From Eudoraea sp. (GTDB lineage Bacteria > Bacteroidota > Bacteroidia > Flavobacteriales > Flavobacteriaceae): 64,000 bases of DNA. Positions 38,845 through 47,160 of the stretch are shown here, in pieces (within the stretch, counting starts at the first letter, position 1; each line of letters opens with the position of its first letter). Below the pieces are notes generated by a model. It did no database searches. It saw nothing but the letters and a program-made list of their open reading frames with translations, and had not been told where the DNA came from. The translations under genes were made by a program, and so were the position numbers. Where the stretch lies: positions 31,434-95,433 of the forward strand of contig NZ_JBDVOC010000003.1 of NCBI RefSeq assembly GCF_039969275.1. The letters run 5' to 3'.

Positions 38845-39516
38845 TTAGATGAAACCTCTGTTTCTTGATTCGGTAATCAAGGCCTGATCGTTTTGCTTTT
38901 CAACCCCAAAAACCGCTTTCAAGTGGCGTTTTCTATTCTCTATACTTGGTAGCGATAAGGATACATGGTTGACCATATCTTTGGTTTTAGTACCTATAGA
39001 CAGGTAATGAAGTATTTTTTTGTCTTTTTCATCAAGTACAATATCATCATTAGCCATCTTTTTACGGATGGCGGCAAGTGCTTTTTGCGTATAATAAGGG
39101 GGATTAGATATTACGGTGTTGACCATAGCCTGCAAAGACTTAGGATCTATTTCAGTTTTCACCATATATCCTTCGGGATCAACAGTTTTAAGAATACTGT
39201 TTATTCTGTAATTATCACTAAATGAGGACATAAAAACAATTTTTGTTTTTGGAATGGTCTTCCGTGCAAAGATTCCGATATCTTCCCCTGTTTTCACAGG
39301 TCCCTCACCTGATTGAGATAATTGAATGTCCAATAATAAGATGTCATACTGAAATGATGTAACCGAATTTTCAATTTTTTCAATAGCCTGATCGAACGAT
39401 TTTGCCATATCCACGCGAACCTTGAAATCATCAAATTCTGTGTCCTCAAGGATAAATTTATAACCCATGGTGGTCATTTCATGATCATCTACCGCTAAAA
39501 TCCTAATCGTATTCAT
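38845..39516 (-). CDS. LuxR/NarL-family response regulator
   Basis: 223 aa. Receiver domain (LAVDDH, LLLDIQL, VFMSS, MVKT) plus a C-terminal LuxR-type HTH. ATGA overlap with the kinase gene. Confidence 0.85.
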   Translation of the reverse strand: MNTIRILAVDDHEMTTMGYKFILEDTEFDDFKVRVDMAKSFDQAIEKIENSVTSFQYDILLLDIQLSQSGEGPVKTGEDIGIFARKTIPKTKIVFMSSFSDNYRINSILKTVDPEGYMVKTEIDPKSLQAMVNTVISNPPYYTQKALAAIRKKMANDDIVLDEKDKKILHYLSIGTKTKDMVNHVSLSLPSIENRKRHLKAVFGVEKQNDQALITESRNRGFI

Positions 39517-41618
39517 TCCTGTGTTTTTTCTACTGTCCTAAATTTTTCTTCTCCGTTTATTTGAATTTCAATTTTTGATTCCGGTAAAAGGTAAGGCACC
39601 TTTACCGTTACAAGGGTTCCTTTTCCAGGTTTGCTCTTTAAACTCCAGTCCCCGTTTAATTTATTTACCCTGGAAGTAATATTCTTATGGCCAATCCCTT
39701 TTTTGCCTTTTTTATCATCAAAGCCTCGACCATTATCCTCTAAAGTAACTTTTAATACATGATCTGTTGAGTCCATTTCAAGATTAATTCTGGTAGCGGC
39801 GGCGTGTTTAATGCAATTTTGAAGACTTTCCTGTATGATCCTGTAGAGGTTAATTTTAATATCGCCACTTAAAGAATCCCAGTCAAGGCCTTCATCATAG
39901 TTAAAATGATACTCCAGATTAGCTGCTTCACAAATATTTTTCAACAAATCTTCAATGGATATTATAAAGTTATGGAATTTTTGATGAGAAGCATCGTTTA
40001 ATTCGTGAGAAATTGTTCGTATCTCTTCCTGCACACCTTGTAGCTTTTCAATAGCCTCTCCACGCATGTTTATAGCACTAGTATCCGCTTTTTTGTTTAA
40101 GCCCAAAAGTATCATGCGAATACCGTTCATTTCACCCAATATGCCATCGTGAAGTTCCTCTGAAATTCGTTTCTGCTCAGTTTGTTTTCCCTCTTTCAAT
40201 TTTTGGTTCTGGGCGAGCATCAGGTTAAAAATTTCCTGATTGGCCTCCTGCTGTTGTTGTTGAAATCTCAGATTCCGGTTTTTGGCGCGTTGCGAAATAA
40301 TAATAAGGACTAAAATAGCCAATAAAAAAAGGCCTATAGCAATGCCTATCCATAACTGCCTTTGCCTTGCCAAAAGTTGGTTTTCGGCTATAAACTCATC
40401 CGTTTCAAATCGGATCCGGGCAAATTTGTTTCTAATCTTACGATCTTCTTCCTGCAGGCTATCATTTAAAACCAAATATTCCTTCAGATAAGACTGCGCA
40501 TTTTCCGGGTCCAGTAATGGGTAAAGCTGCAATGTTTCAAGAATAAGCTTGTTATCATTGCTTTGTTTGGCTATTTCAAGAGCCTCCTGAGCATTTGTCA
40601 TGGCTAATAAAGTATCTCTTTTAGCCAAATAGTACTCCGCTAAATGGAAGTGACTCATAGCAGTTTGTTCGAGATCATTCTCGTGGATATTAATTTCCAA
40701 AGCTTCTTTTAAATTGGCTTCGGAATTTTTCATATGACCAGTTTTAAATTGGCTAAAGGCTAGATTATCGAGAGCAAGGGCGTATCTATCTGGATTCTTA
40801 ATCCGCAAACTATTTGTGCTTAATACCTCATTGAAATATGGAATAGCTTTTATATAATCTCCCTGTTCCTTATAGGAATTCCCAATATTATTGCTCAATG
40901 TGTTTTGATAATTGACGATCAATTCCTCTGGCAATTTATTGAGGTACTCCTCGGCTTCAGAAAAATAGTTCCGTGATTGTTCATATTCCTTTAAACTTTT
41001 GGCAAGAGTTCCCCATAAGTTATAAGAGAGGAACAATTGTTCATTATTTTCTACAGTTTGGAAGAGTTCAATGGCATTTATGAGGTTAATTTCAGCCCCG
41101 GTAAAATCCTTTATATCCTTTTGTATTACAGACATTCTAAGTAGTAACCGGCCACTGAGATTGTTGTCTTTTAAGCTGGCATAAATTTTTTCTGCCTGTC
41201 CGTATTCGTAAAAGGCACTGTCCTTAATAAAATTATTCTTATAAAAATCACCCAGATCCCAATGTGATACTGCGAGGACCGCAGAATCCTTAATTTCTTC
41301 AGAGAGAAACCGGGCCCTTTTGTTAATCCTTCTGAAATTTATAGAATCTTTTAGATTTAGATAAGCCAGGGAAAGTTTGGCGTAATAGTTCAACCTTAAG
41401 GAATCATTTAATTCACTGGTAGCATTGCTATAGGCTTTTAGTAAAAATTCGCTACGGGCCTTTAAAGGCAGGTTTACATCTGTACCATATTTGATCCAAA
41501 GCCGGATACTATCTGATTGGGGAACTGTACTATTTAATTGAGCAGATTGATTTTCTTTTTTACAGGAAAAAAAAAGAAGAAATAGCGATATTAGAAGTAT
41601 ATGTTTTTTACATACCAT
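39513..41618 (-). CDS. TPR-repeat sensor histidine kinase (HisKA_3 + HATPase_c), lipobox N-terminus, periplasmic TPR domain, one TM
   Basis: 701 aa. FFSC lipobox and ~400 aa of TPR-like repeats. TM segment LWIGIAIGLFLLAILVLIII, Q-rich coiled coil, H-box ISEELHDGILG and an ATPase G-box (DNGRGF, GIGHKNI). Confidence 0.85.
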   Translation of the reverse strand: MVCKKHILLISLFLLFFSCKKENQSAQLNSTVPQSDSIRLWIKYGTDVNLPLKARSEFLLKAYSNATSELNDSLRLNYYAKLSLAYLNLKDSINFRRINKRARFLSEEIKDSAVLAVSHWDLGDFYKNNFIKDSAFYEYGQAEKIYASLKDNNLSGRLLLRMSVIQKDIKDFTGAEINLINAIELFQTVENNEQLFLSYNLWGTLAKSLKEYEQSRNYFSEAEEYLNKLPEELIVNYQNTLSNNIGNSYKEQGDYIKAIPYFNEVLSTNSLRIKNPDRYALALDNLAFSQFKTGHMKNSEANLKEALEINIHENDLEQTAMSHFHLAEYYLAKRDTLLAMTNAQEALEIAKQSNDNKLILETLQLYPLLDPENAQSYLKEYLVLNDSLQEEDRKIRNKFARIRFETDEFIAENQLLARQRQLWIGIAIGLFLLAILVLIIISQRAKNRNLRFQQQQQEANQEIFNLMLAQNQKLKEGKQTEQKRISEELHDGILGEMNGIRMILLGLNKKADTSAINMRGEAIEKLQGVQEEIRTISHELNDASHQKFHNFIISIEDLLKNICEAANLEYHFNYDEGLDWDSLSGDIKINLYRIIQESLQNCIKHAAATRINLEMDSTDHVLKVTLEDNGRGFDDKKGKKGIGHKNITSRVNKLNGDWSLKSKPGKGTLVTVKVPYLLPESKIEIQINGEEKFRTVEKTQE

Positions 41619-41654
41619 AACACTTAGAAACTAATTGCTTCTAATACAAGATAA

Positions 41655-41686
41655 TTAAAAAGCCCTAAATACACTATTTAAGGCTT
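41655..41686 (-). terminator. Strand-specific intrinsic terminator/attenuator between the mini-ORF and the TPR kinase gene
   Basis: 11-bp stem (41661-41671 / 41675-41685) with a 3-nt loop. In the minus-strand RNA the single imperfect position is a G-U wobble and the stem is followed by UUUU. In the plus-strand RNA that position would be a C-A mismatch. Confidence 0.65.
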
Positions 41687-41739
41687 TTTAATTATTTATA
41701 AAATTTGAAGGGGTTGAATTTTTATATATAAATGTAGTA

Positions 41740-41886
41740 TTAATTACCTCTACCTCCAACTGGGGTGTCATCACCGTCTGTTCCCTGTTCATATAGAGCC
41801 TGGTCTTCAGTGCTGTTATCTGCTTCACAGGAAAATAATCCGAAACTAAATACTACTATTGCGAAAATGCTTAAAACTTTTTTCAT
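41740..41886 (-). CDS. Unannotated 48-aa mini-lipoprotein / exported acidic peptide precursor
   Basis: Hand translation gives MKKVLSIFAIVVFSFGLFSCEADNSTEDQALYEQGTDGDDTPVGGRGN*. It has a classic n-h-c signal with a lipobox-like LFSC. It is below the 60-aa limit of the ORF track and has its own terminator downstream. Confidence 0.5.
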   Translation of the reverse strand: MKKVLSIFAIVVFSFGLFSCEADNSTEDQALYEQGTDGDDTPVGGRGN

Positions 41887-42032
41887 CTTTTTGATTTTTT
41901 AAGTGGTTAATTATTAATTGACTAGCATGAGACTAATCTAGTAGGATAGCCAAAAACTTATTGTGTAAAAAAAAAAGTAATAGTATACGTACCTAATCTA
42001 TGAGTATTCGACAGGTTTTTGAAAGTATTCCT

Positions 42033-42764
42033 TTAATTGGAGGGAGAAATCGTGTTTTTTGATAAAATCTTTTTTAAGCCATCTATATTTTCTTTATATG
42101 ATTTAGAGAAAGGCAGTTGCGTTTTCCTAATCTTTAAGAAGCATGTAGATTTTCCATAATTAATACCGGAGACATAATGGGTGTTAAGAATATAACTTTG
42201 GTGAACACGTATAAAATTGGAGGGTAACTGATTTTCAAAAGTCTTAAGGGTTTTATAGGCACTTATTTTGCTTCCGTCTTTCATAACAAAATCTGTTGCA
42301 TTATTGTCTGCCCTTAAATAGAGTATCTCATTGGTATCCAGATATTGGTAATCATTGTAAGATTTAAGACAAAGTGTATGTGAAACATCTTCTTTTGGCA
42401 ATTGTTTTTTTAAGCGTAACAAGGTCTTGCGTATATCAAATTCATTATAAGGCATCAGCCAGTAATCAAAGAAATTGTTTTTAATCGCATTGTATGCGTA
42501 TTCTTTGCTTTTAGAGATCCCAATTAAAAACGGAATATTTTTAACATACTGATACAATTCAGTAACCATGTGGAAATATTCAAAAGCCTTGTCGTTCAGG
42601 TTAATAAAAACAACATCCGGAGTGTATTTGAGAATAGCATTTAAGCCATCTTCGCAGTTTCTGGCTTGACTATTACACACAAAATCCCCATAGTCCTCCA
42701 AATAGTGTTGCAACTGCAAATTTGAGGTGGCGTCGGAATCAATTATGGTATAAGAATACTCCAT
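42033..42764 (-). CDS. LytTR-family DNA-binding regulator with a degenerate (pseudo-)receiver domain
   Basis: 243 aa. C-terminal LytTR (FIRVHQSYILN). The N-terminal receiver-like fold has Asn where the phospho-acceptor Asp is expected (VVFINLND) and Met where the conserved Lys is expected (DYWLMP). Confidence 0.8.
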   Translation of the reverse strand: MEYSYTIIDSDATSNLQLQHYLEDYGDFVCNSQARNCEDGLNAILKYTPDVVFINLNDKAFEYFHMVTELYQYVKNIPFLIGISKSKEYAYNAIKNNFFDYWLMPYNEFDIRKTLLRLKKQLPKEDVSHTLCLKSYNDYQYLDTNEILYLRADNNATDFVMKDGSKISAYKTLKTFENQLPSNFIRVHQSYILNTHYVSGINYGKSTCFLKIRKTQLPFSKSYKENIDGLKKILSKNTISPSN

Positions 42765-42906
42765 GCCGGGTTATTTGGGTACAAAGTAGTAAACCTATTT
42801 GAGAAGACACCCTATTTTTACCATAGAATAATTAAGGTTTTTCTACATAAAGTGTTGAAAATCAAGAATATTGAAAGAAAATTCCTTCAAATTTAACAAA
42901 TGAAGC

Positions 42907-44454
42907 TTAATTCTGCTCTACAGTAATAAATTCATAGGCCCCAATATCGGGTTCGGAAGTACGATCTGTTCCCAGAATATCTAAGGGTACCTGTAATGCC
43001 GTTGCGGGGTCTGCTTTGCCAATTGCTGAAGAAGAATTACCCAGTCTGAAATCGTTCTTTGCAGTATTTAAAAAATCAGTATCCTCATTCAGGAAAACAT
43101 TGTTGTAGTATGTTTCATTATCAAAATCATACAGGGGATCTGTATCAAATTGATTATTCGTATCGTTAAATTTAAGCAGGCAATTGGAGAAAGAAAAGTC
43201 AAACAAATTTGTCTCATTAGAATTTAATGAGAGTTCAAGAAATGTATTACCATCTACAATACAGTTTATAAAACTGGCAGTCAGGTCTTGTCCACTTGCA
43301 CCTGTATCCTCAACAAGGTTATAATTACTGATTTGCAATGCGGCTCCCGATCTGAATCCGTTACTCCAATAATTAGCAATGGTACTATGCAGGAATGAAT
43401 ATCTACCTCCATTCTCGCAAACTAATGAGCCGTTCCCCGAATTACCCAGAACCATATTTTCTCCACTAATTGAGGAGGATCTGCTCCATATATTTATTGC
43501 CAGACTGTTATAGATCTGAGAATTACTAATGGTAAGTTTTGGTGGATCTAAGGAGGGGTCCCCTTCTACCAGCAATCCCACGGAAGCATTTCTGATAGTA
43601 AGATGGTTTATGGTATGGTTAATACTGCCGGGAGCCAACCAAATGGTTCCCCATTGTCCCGGCACCTCTGAGAACTCAGGTTCCAGGCGGTCACCCTCAA
43701 AAATCACTTCATTTTCCAAAAGAAGTGTATCCATGCTTAAAGTGCCGTTAACGCTAAGGGAAGCACCTTCCCCTATTAATATTCCTGAATCTTTGTGAAA
43801 GTGCACTCTGCTGCCTGCAGCTATATTAAGCGTTTTCTCTGATGCCACCCCCGCATATCCATAAATAACATAAGGTTTTTCATTGCTAAAGCTTAGTTGC
43901 TCATCGGTGAGCAGAAATCCTTCTATTCTAATTTCATTTCCATCTTTGTCCAGTCCTAAGAGTAAAGTTTCCTTAGTTCCATCTGCATTTTCCGCCGGAT
44001 AAAGGAATATCGCGTCTTTGATTAAGCTAACCAATTGCACCTCCTGTTGCTTGGGCCCTTCATCAAAAAGGATGGCATCTGTATACAAAAATTCATTTAG
44101 GTTTAGTGCCGAAATATCAAAGGTTGTTTCTATAAAAATAAATAGACTGTCCTTTGCCATCAAAGGAACATTTTCAAATTCTTTACCGGCAACTCCATCT
44201 ACATTTAATCTGTAGCTGCTGTTACTACCTTGTGCCAGCCGCACATTTGGGATTTGTATATCGTTATTTGATCGGTTGTAGACCTTTAGAGAATATGTAC
44301 TACTGCCAATATTGGTAAAAACGGTATCTAAATAGACCGTATCCTTTGAAAACTCTAAATTGCCACTGCTGGTCTCGTATTGAAAATCCTTCCTGCAAGA
44401 ACACCAGAGAAGTGTTATCAATAGGATTGGTATAATAAAAAGACTTTGGCGCAT
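42907..44454 (-). CDS. Lipoprotein with probable right-handed parallel beta-helix region
   Basis: 515 aa. Lipobox LWCSC, repetitive N/S/G-rich beta-strand pattern, and a C-terminal DIGAYEF motif common in beta-helix (pectate-lyase-fold) proteins. Confidence 0.6.
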   Translation of the reverse strand: MRQSLFIIPILLITLLWCSCRKDFQYETSSGNLEFSKDTVYLDTVFTNIGSSTYSLKVYNRSNNDIQIPNVRLAQGSNSSYRLNVDGVAGKEFENVPLMAKDSLFIFIETTFDISALNLNEFLYTDAILFDEGPKQQEVQLVSLIKDAIFLYPAENADGTKETLLLGLDKDGNEIRIEGFLLTDEQLSFSNEKPYVIYGYAGVASEKTLNIAAGSRVHFHKDSGILIGEGASLSVNGTLSMDTLLLENEVIFEGDRLEPEFSEVPGQWGTIWLAPGSINHTINHLTIRNASVGLLVEGDPSLDPPKLTISNSQIYNSLAINIWSRSSSISGENMVLGNSGNGSLVCENGGRYSFLHSTIANYWSNGFRSGAALQISNYNLVEDTGASGQDLTASFINCIVDGNTFLELSLNSNETNLFDFSFSNCLLKFNDTNNQFDTDPLYDFDNETYYNNVFLNEDTDFLNTAKNDFRLGNSSSAIGKADPATALQVPLDILGTDRTSEPDIGAYEFITVEQN

Positions 44455-44460
44455 ATCATA

Positions 44461-44871
44461 TCAGCTAGGATTCCTTGTCACATCTGCAAAAATAGAACGA
44501 ATTTCTTCTGAAATTCGTATGGGTTTGAGTGTTTCGGGATTAAGAAGGCACCATGTTGTTTCTGAATGTACCAAAAGAGCATTGGTTGCAGCGTTATACA
44601 TCTCAACAACCCTTGTAGAAATTGCTCCTTTAGAATTTTCAATATATGTTTTAAGAAGAATAACATCACCCAAACCGGCGGCGCTTTTATAGGTTATGTT
44701 ATGGTTGAGTACCACCCAAATAAAACGTTCCTGAATTTCTTTAGAAGTAAGGTGCTGCCAATGTTCTTTGGAAATATCCTGAATCCATTGTACATAGCGG
44801 ACATTGTTTACATGATTTAGGTCATCAAGATCATCAGGTTGTACAACTAACGTTTTTTCAAAAGCCTCCAT
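44461..44871 (-). CDS. Acyl-CoA thioesterase, 4HBT/YbgC-like hotdog fold
   Basis: 136 aa. DDLDDLNHVNNVRYVQW is the typical 4HBT catalytic Asp region. Confidence 0.8.
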   Translation of the reverse strand: MEAFEKTLVVQPDDLDDLNHVNNVRYVQWIQDISKEHWQHLTSKEIQERFIWVVLNHNITYKSAAGLGDVILLKTYIENSKGAISTRVVEMYNAATNALLVHSETTWCLLNPETLKPIRISEEIRSIFADVTRNPS

Positions 44872-44872
44872 C

Positions 44873-45919
44873 TTATTTTTTCTTGATCCTTATTTCAAAG
44901 AGTTTGTCCCAGTTTTTCCCTGTGACAAAGAATGTGCCTCTTTTTGGGTTGTAGGCCACCCCGTTTAAAACATCAAGATTTTCATGTTTTTTAACTTTAT
45001 TTTTCAATCCGGCCATATTAATTACCCCAACAATGGCTCCACTTTCCGCATCAATGATCATCATACTTTCCTTTTGCCAGACATTGGCATATATTTTTCC
45101 ATCCACATATTCCAATTCGTTAGCTTTATTGAAAATGGATTTGTTGGTAACTATTTCAATATAACTTACTTCGGTGAGAGTCTCAGGATCTAATAACCAA
45201 ATTTTTTCTGTACCGTCGCTTTTATAGATCATTTTTCCGTCATTACAGAGCCCCCAACCTTCTTTGCTTTCCCCATATTGAAATCTATTGAGCTCTTCAA
45301 AATCCTGAAGTCGGTATACAAAGCCCATGCTGCTGCGCCATGTGAGTTGATAAACTTTGTTATTTAAAATCGTAATTCCTTCTCCAAAATAATTTTTGGC
45401 CAGGTCTTTTTGCTGCAATATTTTACCGGTTTTGAAATCTATTTTCCTGATGAATGATTTGGCATTTCCACCACTACCAGTACTCTCATATAAGGTGTCA
45501 TTGTAAAATTCTAATCCCTGGGTAAATGCATTTAAATCGTGTGGAAATTCATTGACAATTTCATAGGTGTAAATTTCGGGGGCTGTGCCAGATAAAACCT
45601 TTATCTTTTTAGTTATTTCTGCCGTATTTCCTTCATATTCAATAACAGCTTTAATTTCTTTTAGCCCTAAGCGTGTTACATCGAGACTTAATTTATCTTC
45701 CTTTATTTCCAAAATTTGCCCGTCGATTGAATAGCTGACGTTGTCAATTTTTTTTCCTTTTTTGTTCTTTATAGATACAGCGACGGACTCCAGATTTCTA
45801 AACTCCTTTGTTTTACCGGCGAACTCAATTTCAAATAGTTGTTTGGGTTTTTGATCCCCTTCGCAGGCTAAGAATAGAATGGCTATTGCAAGTGGGATGA
45901 AAAACTTGATGAAATTCAT
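44873..45919 (-). CDS. Glutaminyl-peptide cyclotransferase (beta-propeller, plant/bacterial type) lipoprotein with an N-terminal extra domain of ~110 aa
   Basis: 348 aa. Lipobox FLAC. YEIVNEFPHDLNAFTQGLEFYNDTLYESTGSGG and VLNGVAY..FFVTGKNW match the glutamine cyclotransferase family. Confidence 0.8.
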   Translation of the reverse strand: MNFIKFFIPLAIAILFLACEGDQKPKQLFEIEFAGKTKEFRNLESVAVSIKNKKGKKIDNVSYSIDGQILEIKEDKLSLDVTRLGLKEIKAVIEYEGNTAEITKKIKVLSGTAPEIYTYEIVNEFPHDLNAFTQGLEFYNDTLYESTGSGGNAKSFIRKIDFKTGKILQQKDLAKNYFGEGITILNNKVYQLTWRSSMGFVYRLQDFEELNRFQYGESKEGWGLCNDGKMIYKSDGTEKIWLLDPETLTEVSYIEIVTNKSIFNKANELEYVDGKIYANVWQKESMMIIDAESGAIVGVINMAGLKNKVKKHENLDVLNGVAYNPKRGTFFVTGKNWDKLFEIRIKKK

Positions 45920-46052
45920 AAAGGACTGTACTTCTATGGGTTAAGATTAATGAGCCTGATGTTGTGGCTTCTCTGAGCAAAAGTATTATTTATTAAATGC
46001 TTTTGGGCTAAAATAAGAATGTAAAACGATTGCCCCAAATTTAAATTGATCG

Positions 46053-46060
46053 TATATTTG
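46053..46060 (+). promoter_or_regulatory. Bacteroidota -7 box (TATATTTG) for the SRP RNA gene
   Basis: TAnnTTTG match ending 5 nt before the first base of the closing helix of the predicted SRP RNA. Confidence 0.55.
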
Positions 46061-46065
46061 CACGA

Positions 46066-46160
46066 GGCAAGTCCTACACGACCAGCTCCCTCTGAATCCC
46101 CCAGGGTGGGAACGCAGCAAGGGTACGAGGTTGTAGCGGTGCGATGTAGGTAGCTTGCCT
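46066..46160 (+). ncRNA. ffs: Signal recognition particle RNA (small bacterial 4.5S type)
   Basis: The 5' ggcaagtcctaca pairs with the 3' tgtaggtagcttgcc. The apical region C-AGG-GUG-GGAA-CGC-AGCA-AGG matches the E. coli domain IV pattern C-AGG-UCC-GGAA-GGA-AGCA-GCC. A T7 run follows. Confidence 0.85.
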
Positions 46161-46286
46161 TTTTTTATGCGGTTTATTTTGTGTTTTTGACGGGTTCTTC
46201 TAATCCATATAATTCTCTACTCGAGTTCTGAATCTAGATTTCAGTATTTTCTTTCTCTTCTTTTTATTTGTTTATTTGCAAGGTAT

Positions 46287-47096
46287 ATGAGACAAAAAAT
46301 TGTTTTAATTACCGGTGGTTCCTCGGGTATTGGCAGATCTATTGGTTTGTATCTTCAATCCAAGGGATATAAGGTATATGGAACCACGCGTAACTTGCAG
46401 AACTATCTTGAATTTTCAGATTTTAAACTTATAGAATTAGATGTTAGAGATAATGCCAGTATTACATTGGCTATAGATAATTTAATTGATTCGGAGGGCT
46501 ATCTGGATGTACTTATAAATAATGCGGGAATTGGAATAACCGGGCCAATTGAGGAAACGCCCGAAGCTGAAATAAAAAAAGCTTTTGACACCAATTTTCA
46601 CGGACCTATTAATGTGGCCAGAGTTGCATTACCACAGATGCGAAAGCAAAATTCAGGGCTAATAATAAATATTACCTCCATAGCAGGATATATGGGATTG
46701 CCTTATAGGGGAATTTATTCTGCCAGCAAAGGTGCTTTAGAAATACTTACAGAAGCCCTGAGAATGGAGACCAAAGACTTTGGTATTAAGATTACGAACT
46801 TGGCTCCTGGTGATTTTGCAACGAATATAGCCGCCGGCCGTTACCATACCCCTGCAAATAGCACTTCGCCATATTATAAATCATATAGTAAAACATTGAA
46901 CATAATAGATGATCATGTACAGGAAGGTCAGGATCCAATAAGGGTAGCGGAAATGGTGTTTAAAATTATTAATACCACAAATCCAAAAATTCATTATAAG
47001 GTAGGAAGTCCCATGCAGAAATTTTCATTGGTTTTAAAGAAAATATTGCCTGATAAAGTTTATGAACGCTTGTTATTGAATCATTATAAATTGTAG
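46287..47096 (+). CDS. SDR-family oxidoreductase
   Basis: 269 aa. TGGSSGIG, NNAG, and the YSASK catalytic motif. Confidence 0.88.
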   Translation: MRQKIVLITGGSSGIGRSIGLYLQSKGYKVYGTTRNLQNYLEFSDFKLIELDVRDNASITLAIDNLIDSEGYLDVLINNAGIGITGPIEETPEAEIKKAFDTNFHGPINVARVALPQMRKQNSGLIINITSIAGYMGLPYRGIYSASKGALEILTEALRMETKDFGIKITNLAPGDFATNIAAGRYHTPANSTSPYYKSYSKTLNIIDDHVQEGQDPIRVAEMVFKIINTTNPKIHYKVGSPMQKFSLVLKKILPDKVYERLLLNHYKL

Positions 47097-47160
47097 TTTT
47101 GTACGCTGCATAAAAAAGTAAAAACACAACTACCAAGAGTTGTATAAACAATAGAAAAAC

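Noticed and set aside
45978-46005. 10-bp imperfect hairpin (caaaagtatt / aatgcttttg) upstream of the glutaminyl cyclase gene
   Set aside because: It is AT-rich with one mismatch and has no adjacent U tract on either strand. No gene ends there. It is too weak to call a terminator or regulatory element.
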